From positions 32,001 through 96,000 of the IMG/VR virus record IMGVR_UViG_3300036791_001056: a stretch of 64,000 bases of DNA; one strand, written 5' to 3'. This DNA comes from a virus. The notes below the pieces were generated by a model, which searched no databases, was not told the origin of the DNA, and worked only from the letters and a program-made list of their open reading frames with translations. Positions 55,837-64,000 of the stretch are shown piece by piece. Both the position numbers and the translations under genes were made by a program. Numbering within the stretch: position 1 is the stretch's first letter; each line of letters begins with the position of its first letter.

Positions 55837-58800
55837 GAGATCACCTCATTCGTGCGGCTGGGCAGCAGATGCATCACGAGATCACCGAACACCCGCGCTG
55901 GCCGGCGCGGGTTCATCTTCATGGTGTACTCGCTCCACAGCTCGGCGGCTAGCTCGAAGTCATCACTGGCTCCGTACTTCGATACCCTCTCACTGATCGC
56001 GCGCTTATTGGCACTCACCCAGTCACCGCGCAGATAATAGTTGCGCTGTGGGCGCGAGATCCCGATCGCGGCCGCCACTTGCTCCCAGATGTGCCAGTAT
56101 GCCTCATTATTGCCACTGGTAAGCAGCTCCCTCAGCTGAAAGTCCACACCGTGCCCGAACTCGTGCGCCAGCGTCTGGTCCACGGCGCTGTGCCCGGGAT
56201 CTGCGCCCGACCACCAGCCCGACTCGTTGTTGTACCTGCTCGCCTGCTCACGCCGCTCCCGGTTGGCTGGGAACGCCAGCTTGGTGCTGACGGTGATCGC
56301 GCGCGACGCTAGCTGATGCGTCGCCAGTGTCGTGGAGCGCCCGCTGCCGAGCCTGGTGCTAACGGTAATGCTAGTCCGCGCCACGAGGTTCGGGACGTAC
56401 CGGCCCTGCCAAGCGGTAGCGTGGTTGATGGTCTTCCGGATGGCGTTCCGGGTGTCATTGTTGGGTGAGATGCTCGGCGGGACCGTCAGCAGCTCGTAAC
56501 CCTTGAATCGTGCCCAGTCAGGAATAACATCGAGCGGCTTAGGCACAGCAGAGCTGAGCGCAGCCGCAATCGCTGCTCGCACCTCAGCGTCACGAGCCTC
56601 CTGGTAACGCAGCACATCAGCGCGCAAGCTAACGATCCGCCGCGTGAGCTCAGGCGCGCCAGCTTGATCAGCGCGGTGACCAGCCACCGTAAGGTGCGTG
56701 TCAACCACGCCGAACTGGTCACGCACCAAGCTAAGCCCAACCTGCCCCAGTGTGTTCAGCGCGCGGCTCAGATCAGCTCGGCGCGGGTCGCCTGCTGCCT
56801 CAAACTCGCGCGACACGTCATTGATCAGCTGCTCGAGCGAGTCGTGCAGCTGGCTCATCGTTGGTACGGGAGTGCTGGGCGCAGCCGGGCGCGGCAGTTC
56901 AGCTGGTGCCGGGGCAGTGGGCGCCGCTGGCGGCAGCGGCGCAGCAGGTGTGCCTGGCTGCTGAAGACTGCTCAGTGCCTGGTGCAGCTGGTCAATGTGA
57001 GTGGCCGACTGCTCATCATCTGCGCGGCCGTGGGCCTGGGACAGCGCGCTCAGCGCACCCGCGTGATCGCCAGCAGCGAGCCGCTCTTGCGCCTGCAGCA
57101 GCTTATCTTGAACGTTAGGCTGCGCACTAGCGGTCAGCATGTGCATGTTGTGATACAGCACCACTGCTTGGGACGCCTCTTGCCGCGATGTGAAGTGCCC
57201 GAGGACAGTGGACTTGCCCATGATCGGTGACGTGTACTTGATCTTATAGCCCGGGTCACCCGGCTCTCTCTTCAAGTCCCGGCCGATGACGTGTCCCGAC
57301 GGCGCCACCGTCTTGCCACCGTGAGTCTGCCGCCGCGCCTCTTGATACCTCCCGCAGGGAGGCCGCACGCAGATGTAGCCGTGGATGTAGCCCTCGGGAC
57401 CGACCTTCAGCAGGTCTGCGATGCGGATCTTAATCTTCCCGCCAGTGGTGCGCGCAGCAAACGATACCGGCTCCCACTCCGCCTTATTCGCTGAGCTCGC
57501 TCCCTGGTGCACCTGGAACGAGTGGGCCTGGAACCACGGATCAGCCGCGTTGTCTGACGGCGCGAACCCGATGTACGCCTTCACCGGCCGGCGCTCTTGC
57601 CGGTACGCCAGCGCCCGGTGATGCCCGTCGATGACCACATCTCTCTGGTTTCCCGGGACGCGGACGAGGATGACCGGGTTGACGTCCTGCCCGCCGCTGC
57701 GGATGCGCTCAGCGAAGCGCGCCACGCGCTGCCGCTGGTGATGCGCCGCCCACGAGTTCTCTGAGTCCCAGTCAATAGCGGTGAGCGGAACGTTGACCGG
57801 GCCCACCCAGCGCAGCTGCCGGACCCACGCGATTCCCTTGGGCTCGTAATTCGCGAGGAGCTGCTGGTAGATGTGCTCAGCATCCACGGGCGTCTGGTCA
57901 CGCAGGTCAGCAGCGCTCTTTTCGACGTTGACGCTTGACCCCGCGTCAGCGCCCGTCAAGCTCACGTAGATCACGTTGCCCAACCGCCGGTCGACCCGGA
58001 ATGACGAGCCTCTCGGCAGAATGAGCTCGCTCTCGCTCGCCTTACCGTGAATCATGTGCTGGCCGGCTGGTGTGGTTATGACCAAGATCACCGGTGTGCC
58101 GCCGATCGCAGCCGGCCCGATCGCTGGGTCCATGCCCGCTGACCGCTGCTCACCAAACCGCCTAGCCATCGCTGGGTTGGTAGTAACAGAGGTGTACGCC
58201 AGCTCGCGGAACGTCTTACCGGGAGTCAGCGCATCACTGGCGGCCTGATGCACCGCCAGCCCGCGGTAGAACGTTCCCTGCTCACTCGCCGTGGACAGCG
58301 CCAGCGCCTCATCGGTCTCTCTGACGAACGGCACGTCACTCTTACCAGCGCGCAGCTCGGAGTTGATCATGCTGTTGCCGCGCGGGTCGATGTACGCATC
58401 AACTGCGTGATCCAGCTGAGCACGCTTACCAGAGCTGACATTAGTGACAGCCAATGACGGCGCTAGCACGCTCTTCAGCTTTACCGGCTTAACCACCGGC
58501 TTGAACTCGTTGTGATACTGCGCCAAGAAGCGCAGTGCGATCTCTTCAGACGGCGCGTCGGCCGCGATCTTCCCATCGTAAAATGACTTAGTGCTGCTGA
58601 ACGGGCGGCGCCTCACGCTCGCCACTACTACGCCGCTCGGCACATGCTTAACCTGATCACCGTCAATGCGCAGGTCACCAGCATTAATGTGACCCAGCTC
58701 TTCCAGCGCGCTCTTACCGAGAACTGCCTTGGTTCCGTCATCAAACGTAACTCGCACCTGATCATCACGTCGCCCAGTGATGATCCCGTGCCCACGCTCT

Positions 58801-58970
58801 GGGTGAGTGATCTCATCGCCGCGCTTCCCGCACGGTGGCCTCACGCACACCCAGCCGTGAACGTAGCCCTCCGAGCCCACCTTGATCATGTCAGCTAGCT
58901 GCGGAAGATTGAGCGAGACTGCTGCACTACCGGTCACGCGGGGCACATGCTGCCAGCTCAGCGTGACCAT
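55833..58970 (-). CDS. polyvalent protein: VIP2-like ADP-ribosyltransferase, ParB-like domain, HExxH peptidase
   Basis: FYRG...YTSVT...ESELILPRG; VIDGHHR; AHEFGH...ELAAE. Confidence 0.85.
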   Translation of the reverse strand: MVTLSWQHVPRVTGSAAVSLNLPQLADMIKVGSEGYVHGWVCVRPPCGKRGDEITHPERGHGIITGRRDDQVRVTFDDGTKAVLGKSALEELGHINAGDLRIDGDQVKHVPSGVVVASVRRRPFSSTKSFYDGKIAADAPSEEIALRFLAQYHNEFKPVVKPVKLKSVLAPSLAVTNVSSGKRAQLDHAVDAYIDPRGNSMINSELRAGKSDVPFVRETDEALALSTASEQGTFYRGLAVHQAASDALTPGKTFRELAYTSVTTNPAMARRFGEQRSAGMDPAIGPAAIGGTPVILVITTPAGQHMIHGKASESELILPRGSSFRVDRRLGNVIYVSLTGADAGSSVNVEKSAADLRDQTPVDAEHIYQQLLANYEPKGIAWVRQLRWVGPVNVPLTAIDWDSENSWAAHHQRQRVARFAERIRSGGQDVNPVILVRVPGNQRDVVIDGHHRALAYRQERRPVKAYIGFAPSDNAADPWFQAHSFQVHQGASSANKAEWEPVSFAARTTGGKIKIRIADLLKVGPEGYIHGYICVRPPCGRYQEARRQTHGGKTVAPSGHVIGRDLKREPGDPGYKIKYTSPIMGKSTVLGHFTSRQEASQAVVLYHNMHMLTASAQPNVQDKLLQAQERLAAGDHAGALSALSQAHGRADDEQSATHIDQLHQALSSLQQPGTPAAPLPPAAPTAPAPAELPRPAAPSTPVPTMSQLHDSLEQLINDVSREFEAAGDPRRADLSRALNTLGQVGLSLVRDQFGVVDTHLTVAGHRADQAGAPELTRRIVSLRADVLRYQEARDAEVRAAIAAALSSAVPKPLDVIPDWARFKGYELLTVPPSISPNNDTRNAIRKTINHATAWQGRYVPNLVARTSITVSTRLGSGRSTTLATHQLASRAITVSTKLAFPANRERREQASRYNNESGWWSGADPGHSAVDQTLAHEFGHGVDFQLRELLTSGNNEAYWHIWEQVAAAIGISRPQRNYYLRGDWVSANKRAISERVSKYGASDDFELAAELWSEYTMKMNPRRPARVFGDLVMHLLPSRTNEVIS

Positions 58971-58980
58971 CGCAGTTTCC

Positions 58981-59124
58981 TTACTGAGAGTCGTCCTCTG
59001 GGCCGCCCTGATCGTGTGACGTGTCGATGCCCGCCTCCGCTGCCGCCGCGTTCAAGTCACGCAGCCAGTTCTGGTTGCCCGGGTCGTCATCGATGTTGCC
59101 GATATCGATTGGCTGCTCACTCAC
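58981..59124 (-). CDS. 47-aa acidic protein
   Basis: MSEQPIDIGNIDDDPGNQNWLRD...; GTGA-coupled to the upstream gene; below the ORF-track size cutoff. Confidence 0.55.
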   Translation of the reverse strand: MSEQPIDIGNIDDDPGNQNWLRDLNAAAAEAGIDTSHDQGGPEDDSQ

Positions 59125-62100
59125 GCTGCGCTCGTCACCTTCGTGTTGTCACTGCTGATCTGAGAGTTCCGCGTGATGATCTCACCCTTGACCTTGACGT
59201 CATTCCGCAGCGTAGACTCGCCGCGCCAGTGCGCGAACACCTGATCAGGCTGGATGCTCTGCTCGAGCCGGGCGAAGTCAGTGGCCGGCTGCACAGGTGA
59301 TCCCCGGAGAAATGCTGTGGATCTAGTCGCTGCCTTAGCATCGGTGAACCGCTTAATGAACGCCTTAGCGGTGCTTGATCCCTTGGGCTCAGCCCACGAG
59401 GACAGCAGCCGCGCGCTGGCGCGCCAGCTGCGCCCCTCTCGGTCAGCGCTCAAGATGTTCCGCGCGTAGTCACCGTACACGTACCGGACGACCTTCAGCG
59501 GCCGATCGTGCTGACCGGTCTCCTTGAGCACCTGATCAGTGTAGTGCTGCTGCGCCCGCGCGGACCAGTAGCTCAGTGCGTCTCGCCGGCGCTGCGCTGC
59601 CTCAGGTGACGTGTCTGAGTAGCCGTACCGCGCCTCATCACCATGAAGAAAGTCGTGAGTGTCGTGACGGCCGGCGAAGTCAGTAACACGCAGCAATGGT
59701 GGCTCAGTCATCGCCATGCTGCGTGTGTACTTACCAATCACAGTGTCAGCGTCATTTCCTGAGAAAGACCAGCGGCTGATCTGGCTGGCTACCTCAGCTG
59801 CCACCGCCCGGGCCGCGTTATCGGGCACACCAGCAGCCGCCACGGCGCGCGTGATAAAGTTGCGCTTAAGCTGCGCTAGGCGCGCGCTCCGGTCCTTCTT
59901 GTCGTGAACCAGCTTGTCAGTCTCATCATTCTCAGGGAATGACAAGTTGGTCATCCCGATGAGCTGCTTAATGTGCTGCGCCGCGTCAGGTGCCGCGGCG
60001 CCGGGAACGACTTGCCCGCTCAAGTGCTCGTCAAAGCCGCCTACCAGCGCCTTCCGGGTGCCTGACGTGAAGTCACCCGCCACGAACGGCGATGATGTGT
60101 CAGCGGCTGCCACCTGGTCACGCACCGCCTGCAGCCGGTCACGGATGACCCGCAGCGCGGCGATCCCAGCAGGCGGGATGGGCTCTGACCGGAAGCCAAA
60201 CTCATTCGGCTGCTTGTTCTCAATCGCCCAGTCTACCCGCCGCAGATCATCACCGATAACTCGCACGATCTCAGCGGGCGCATGCTCACCAGGTAGTGGC
60301 TCCCGCGGGTACAGCGCGGCGTCATCACGCCGCAGCGTCTTACCCGCGTTACCAGCACTAACTACTGGTGACTGGTATGACGACACGCCGGGAACAGTTC
60401 TGGCGGCTTGATCGATGCTCTGCAGCTCGTCAGCGATCTGAGTCGCGTCGAGCTGCGTGTGAGAGATCACGCGCTGGGGCGCAGCCGGGACGTGAGGTGC
60501 AGGCGGCGCTGCTGGCTCAACGCGCTCAGCTTCACGTGCTACCTCACCCGGCGCAAGACTTAGCTTATCAGTTGATACCCAGACTTGTTTCTTGCCACCG
60601 TCCCACTTAACGTAAAAGCCACCACTCGTTGGGTAACTCGTTATCGTTCCGGTCTTCTTCCCAGCAGAAACACGATCCCCTGAGCGGAACGCAGTTGCTT
60701 CACCAGCCGTCACGGTGCTCACATCAGCTGGTGTCGCTGGCTCAGCGCGCTCTGCCTCGCGCCGCGCCAGGTCAGCCTCCCACTCTGCCGTGCTGGCGAA
60801 TCCTCCGGCCGCGCGCTCCCGCGCTGCCGCAGCGCGGCGCTGCCCACTGCGCTGGATCGCCCGCTTCAGGTTCTGCGCATCTGGCGAGTCCAGGCCGATG
60901 TTGTCACGCGCTGCCTCATAACCTCGGCGCAGCGCCTCGTGCTCATCATCAGTAGGAACGTAGCCGGGCAGGCGGGTGCGGCCTGAGATGACGTGCGCCG
61001 CCGCTACGTCTCCTTGCCACTCACCGCGCTGATCCAGCAGGTCAGCGTGCGTCCGCGCGAATGACTCATACCAGCTCGGAGTGTGCGGCTCGTGATCTTC
61101 ACTGGCGTTCTCTTCCGCGGCCGTCATCAAGTCACGTTCGTACGGTGACATGTGCTCCCGGCTCGCCAGCTCCGTCCACAGCTGCTCGTTCGGGTCGGGC
61201 TCCGGCTCGGACTCGATGCCTAGAATCGCATCATTAACGTGCTTAATGTGACTCGCTAGCGCGCCGTCACCCGCGTCCTCAGCTCGGTTCTTCGCCAGCC
61301 GCAAGTCTTGCGCGGCACTCAAGGCAGCGCCCGCGGCAAAGTGCTGGCGAGCGCTCTCGAGGTGCTGCTTAACGTCAGCGGGCGCGTCTTGCTCAGCCAG
61401 CTTGCTGATGTTGTGGTACAGCGGGATGGCGTCGAACGCTTGCTGCGCAGTGTCATACCGAGCGGGCAACTTCTCGCGCACCGCTACACCCGCTGCGTCA
61501 GTCTTATAATGGATGGCTGAGTACTTGCCGTCCGCGTCCTTACTCGGCACCTTGCCGATCTTCACGCCGGCGTGTGACACGGTTCCCTTGCGCTTATCCA
61601 CCTCGGCCTGAGCGTACCTCGGCCCGCAGGGAGGCCGCACGCAGATGTAGCCGTGGATGTAGCCTTCCGGTCCCACCTTAATAAGATCAGCCAATGCCAC
61701 ACGCTTCTTAACTGACCGCGCTGTCCCAGCAGGCGGCACGCCAAGAGACCCGCCGCGCAGGTCTTGCCCGCTCGGCTGAGTGCCGCCGTGCCCACCCGGC
61801 GGCCAGTAACCGTCCATACCCTGTGGTCCCTGCGGGAACGCAGCGTGCGGTCGCTGGGCCGCAACGCGGCCAGAACTCGGGAGCGCGTCGTCGTGGCTCT
61901 CAGGGAGGTCGGCAGTCGACCGCGGCTGATTACCTGCGCCGTCCCAGCGCGGAGGCTCAGCACCCGGCGTGAAGCCTGGGACTCCGCCCGGAACCGGCGG
62001 CATCTGCATCGCGCCGCCGCCAGCTGCCGGGGGGCTCTGCGGCTGCTGATCCTCCCAGATCTCCTCACCGCTCAGGTCTACGGTGCGGCGCAGCTGCTTC

Positions 62101-62183
62101 TCAGCGTGATCAGCATCACGCAGCGCTTGACGGCTGACCACCCGCGGGCTGAAGTCTGCCATGCGGTTGGCCAGCGTGCTCAC
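59121..62183 (-). CDS. polyvalent protein with C-terminal ADP-ribosyltransferase-like domain
   Basis: VVRY...LSSWA...KGEII (R-S-E-like); SH3/KOW-like segment. Confidence 0.7.
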   Translation of the reverse strand: MSTLANRMADFSPRVVSRQALRDADHAEKQLRRTVDLSGEEIWEDQQPQSPPAAGGGAMQMPPVPGGVPGFTPGAEPPRWDGAGNQPRSTADLPESHDDALPSSGRVAAQRPHAAFPQGPQGMDGYWPPGGHGGTQPSGQDLRGGSLGVPPAGTARSVKKRVALADLIKVGPEGYIHGYICVRPPCGPRYAQAEVDKRKGTVSHAGVKIGKVPSKDADGKYSAIHYKTDAAGVAVREKLPARYDTAQQAFDAIPLYHNISKLAEQDAPADVKQHLESARQHFAAGAALSAAQDLRLAKNRAEDAGDGALASHIKHVNDAILGIESEPEPDPNEQLWTELASREHMSPYERDLMTAAEENASEDHEPHTPSWYESFARTHADLLDQRGEWQGDVAAAHVISGRTRLPGYVPTDDEHEALRRGYEAARDNIGLDSPDAQNLKRAIQRSGQRRAAAARERAAGGFASTAEWEADLARREAERAEPATPADVSTVTAGEATAFRSGDRVSAGKKTGTITSYPTSGGFYVKWDGGKKQVWVSTDKLSLAPGEVAREAERVEPAAPPAPHVPAAPQRVISHTQLDATQIADELQSIDQAARTVPGVSSYQSPVVSAGNAGKTLRRDDAALYPREPLPGEHAPAEIVRVIGDDLRRVDWAIENKQPNEFGFRSEPIPPAGIAALRVIRDRLQAVRDQVAAADTSSPFVAGDFTSGTRKALVGGFDEHLSGQVVPGAAAPDAAQHIKQLIGMTNLSFPENDETDKLVHDKKDRSARLAQLKRNFITRAVAAAGVPDNAARAVAAEVASQISRWSFSGNDADTVIGKYTRSMAMTEPPLLRVTDFAGRHDTHDFLHGDEARYGYSDTSPEAAQRRRDALSYWSARAQQHYTDQVLKETGQHDRPLKVVRYVYGDYARNILSADREGRSWRASARLLSSWAEPKGSSTAKAFIKRFTDAKAATRSTAFLRGSPVQPATDFARLEQSIQPDQVFAHWRGESTLRNDVKVKGEIITRNSQISSDNTKVTSAA

Positions 62184-64000
62184 GTCATCACCGCACTCTT
62201 GGGCATCGCTGTCATGTATGCGATAGTAACGCCTCGCTGTGAATCACGATGAACTGCGGTCAAGTGCAGCGGCTGATCTCTGTCGAGGATCAGCTCCCGC
62301 TCTTCTGGTGAGTCTGAGAACGGCTGCGCCCAGACAGCAGGTGTACCCTTTGGCACAGTGATGTGCAGAACTGTCTTATTCTCACGACCCACATCATATG
62401 CGCCTGACGTAAGTGACGTCGAGGAGAACCCATGATCCGCGATCACATCACCCGGTGACAGATCACGCAGCGCCTGCTCATCATCCAGCTCACGATGCAC
62501 GATTACAGCAGCAGGCAGTGGCTGCATCGCTGATGACAGATGCTCACTCATCTCTCGGGAGTGAGCATCAATGTTGCCACTCCGCAGCCCATCATTAATG
62601 TCCTGGTAGCCGTTGCCAATGTAACCAGTGATGGCCCCGACCTGCGCAGGTGTGTACGTGAACGCACGACTCAACTTACGGCCAAAGGCACGTGCCTCTG
62701 CTGCGCTGGTAATCTCACTAGCATTAACTGTGCCTGTTACCCGTGACCACTCACCGTGAGCATCACGGGGCTCAAGTGAGTCGAATCGCTTTTCAACGGC
62801 AGCGCTACTCACCGGAACAAGCCACGGCTCACCGTCACGCAGCTCGATGATCACGTCACCTGAGCTCAGCTCACCGGGCTGCGCATCAGCTGGTTCTGCG
62901 GCAGCAGCACTCTTCGCCACGCTCTCGTACCGCGCGTGCCCCGTTGCCTCCTGCGCCGCGCGGAAGTCAGCCTCGCTGAAGCCGTACTCACCGAGCCGGT
63001 TCATCTTGGACACTGCCTTGGACGCGAAGTCCGGGTAGTGCCAGACGGTCACGCGCTGGCTCTGCATGTCCACAACCTGGACAATCAGCGCGGGCCGCAA
63101 GTTCGCGCTCGCCACCGCGGCGCGCTTGCGCTCGATCTCCTCACGCTTGATTGCCGTCTTCAGGTTCTGAGCGTTGCTGTTGAGCGTCTTCAGCTCGCCG
63201 CCGTAGTCACCGATCTTAAAGTCCAGCGGCGTCTGCCGCGACATCCAGCCGCCCGTCGCTGAGATCGGCTCGTACGTCACGCCGAGCTGCTGCTCGAGCA
63301 GGTGCGCACCGTGAGCAGCGAACAGCTGCTCGAACGTGTCACCAATCTCAGACTTGCCCATCGGGCTGCCCGTGACCGGGTTGACGAACTGAGTGGGCGT
63401 CTGGACGGGATCGCGCTGGCCCTTCCAGCGCTTGGACGGAACGGCGCCTGCTGTCCACTCACCGCGCGCATTACGCAGCTCAGCTGGGTCGAACTTCTTC
63501 TCAGCCCGGCCATACCACCGGTCGCAGACGTGATCCGCGTCGATGTGCCCGCGGACGAGGGTGCACTTACCGTGCTCATCATCTACGTCGCTCGGCCGGT
63601 ACATGACGCAGCTGGCGCAGCGCTGGCTGGCGCGCCGGTCTGCCTGCCGGTAGTCAACCGTGCCTGGGCTGAGCAGCTCGGCCTTCTGGCACTTGATGAA
63701 CAGCCCCGTGACGAGCTGCTTCTGGACGGGTCCCGCCGTCTCGAGAGCGCGCCGGACGCGCTTCGGGTGCTCACGCAGCTCCGGCCGGATCGCCGGGTTG
63801 TCCCTCAGCTCGCGCGGGTCCCACCAGGCGATGGCCTCGGGCTCCTCATTGTCCGGGTCGTCGGGGTTAGCGCCCTTAGCGCGGTCGAGAATCGGTACAT
63901 CAGACTCCCGGCCCACGCTGAGCACGTGCCCTCGGTACGGTCCCTCACCGGTCTCCCAGGTCCCGGTGACGCTGCCAGCCGGCACGGGAAGTCCAGTTTC
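62180..64000 (-). CDS. polyvalent protein (5'-truncated): HiPIP-like Cys domain, PD-(D/E)xK nuclease, VIP2-like ADP-ribosyltransferase
   Basis: CASC...C...CDRW; PLDFK...ELK; VHR...GFSSTS...ERELILDR. Confidence 0.8.
   Translation of the reverse strand, partial: ETGLPVPAGSVTGTWETGEGPYRGHVLSVGRESDVPILDRAKGANPDDPDNEEPEAIAWWDPRELRDNPAIRPELREHPKRVRRALETAGPVQKQLVTGLFIKCQKAELLSPGTVDYRQADRRASQRCASCVMYRPSDVDDEHGKCTLVRGHIDADHVCDRWYGRAEKKFDPAELRNARGEWTAGAVPSKRWKGQRDPVQTPTQFVNPVTGSPMGKSEIGDTFEQLFAAHGAHLLEQQLGVTYEPISATGGWMSRQTPLDFKIGDYGGELKTLNSNAQNLKTAIKREEIERKRAAVASANLRPALIVQVVDMQSQRVTVWHYPDFASKAVSKMNRLGEYGFSEADFRAAQEATGHARYESVAKSAAAAEPADAQPGELSSGDVIIELRDGEPWLVPVSSAAVEKRFDSLEPRDAHGEWSRVTGTVNASEITSAAEARAFGRKLSRAFTYTPAQVGAITGYIGNGYQDINDGLRSGNIDAHSREMSEHLSSAMQPLPAAVIVHRELDDEQALRDLSPGDVIADHGFSSTSLTSGAYDVGRENKTVLHITVPKGTPAVWAQPFSDSPEERELILDRDQPLHLTAVHRDSQRGVTIAYMTAMPKSAVMT

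Noticed and set aside
57351-61689. Diversity-generating retroelement TR/VR pair
   Set aside because: Differences between the repeats are mostly synonymous and not adenine-specific, and no reverse transcriptase is present in the window.

Overview
This window is about 64 kb of a large, GC-rich tailed phage. It is siphovirus-like with an HK97-type head, and an actinobacterial host is inferred. Left arm (+ strand, about 1-9.9 kb): a dense RNA cluster with about 43 tRNA genes covering all 20 amino acids. It includes four (8/4)-type tRNA-Ser, two HNH endonuclease genes wedged between tRNAs, and several tRNA-scaffolded RNAs with large insertions. The cluster ends in a tandem array of eight Y-RNA-like genes directly upstream of a Ro60/TROVE gene, with a ninth copy inside the tRNA cluster. 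The Y RNAs share a bulged-C helix and a CCGGTTA motif but carry different cargo domains, including permuted tRNAs with intact Cys and Pro anticodon loops. A hairpin copy of the same helix sits next to the Ro60 ribosome-binding site. 11.8-22.7 kb (+): small early/accessory genes behind a recurring sigma70-type promoter. 22.7-64 kb (-): endolysin, a glycan-modification cluster, tail genes (including a -1 frameshifting chaperone), a major capsid gene split by a group I intron, a protease-scaffold, and three polyvalent head-region proteins with ADP-ribosyltransferase, nuclease, ParB and metallopeptidase domains. Seven promoter-driven + strand islands interrupt the structural operon, and 5-bp-periodic repeat tracts recur at seven or more sites. 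All calls come from reading motifs and base-pairing by eye; no searches were run.
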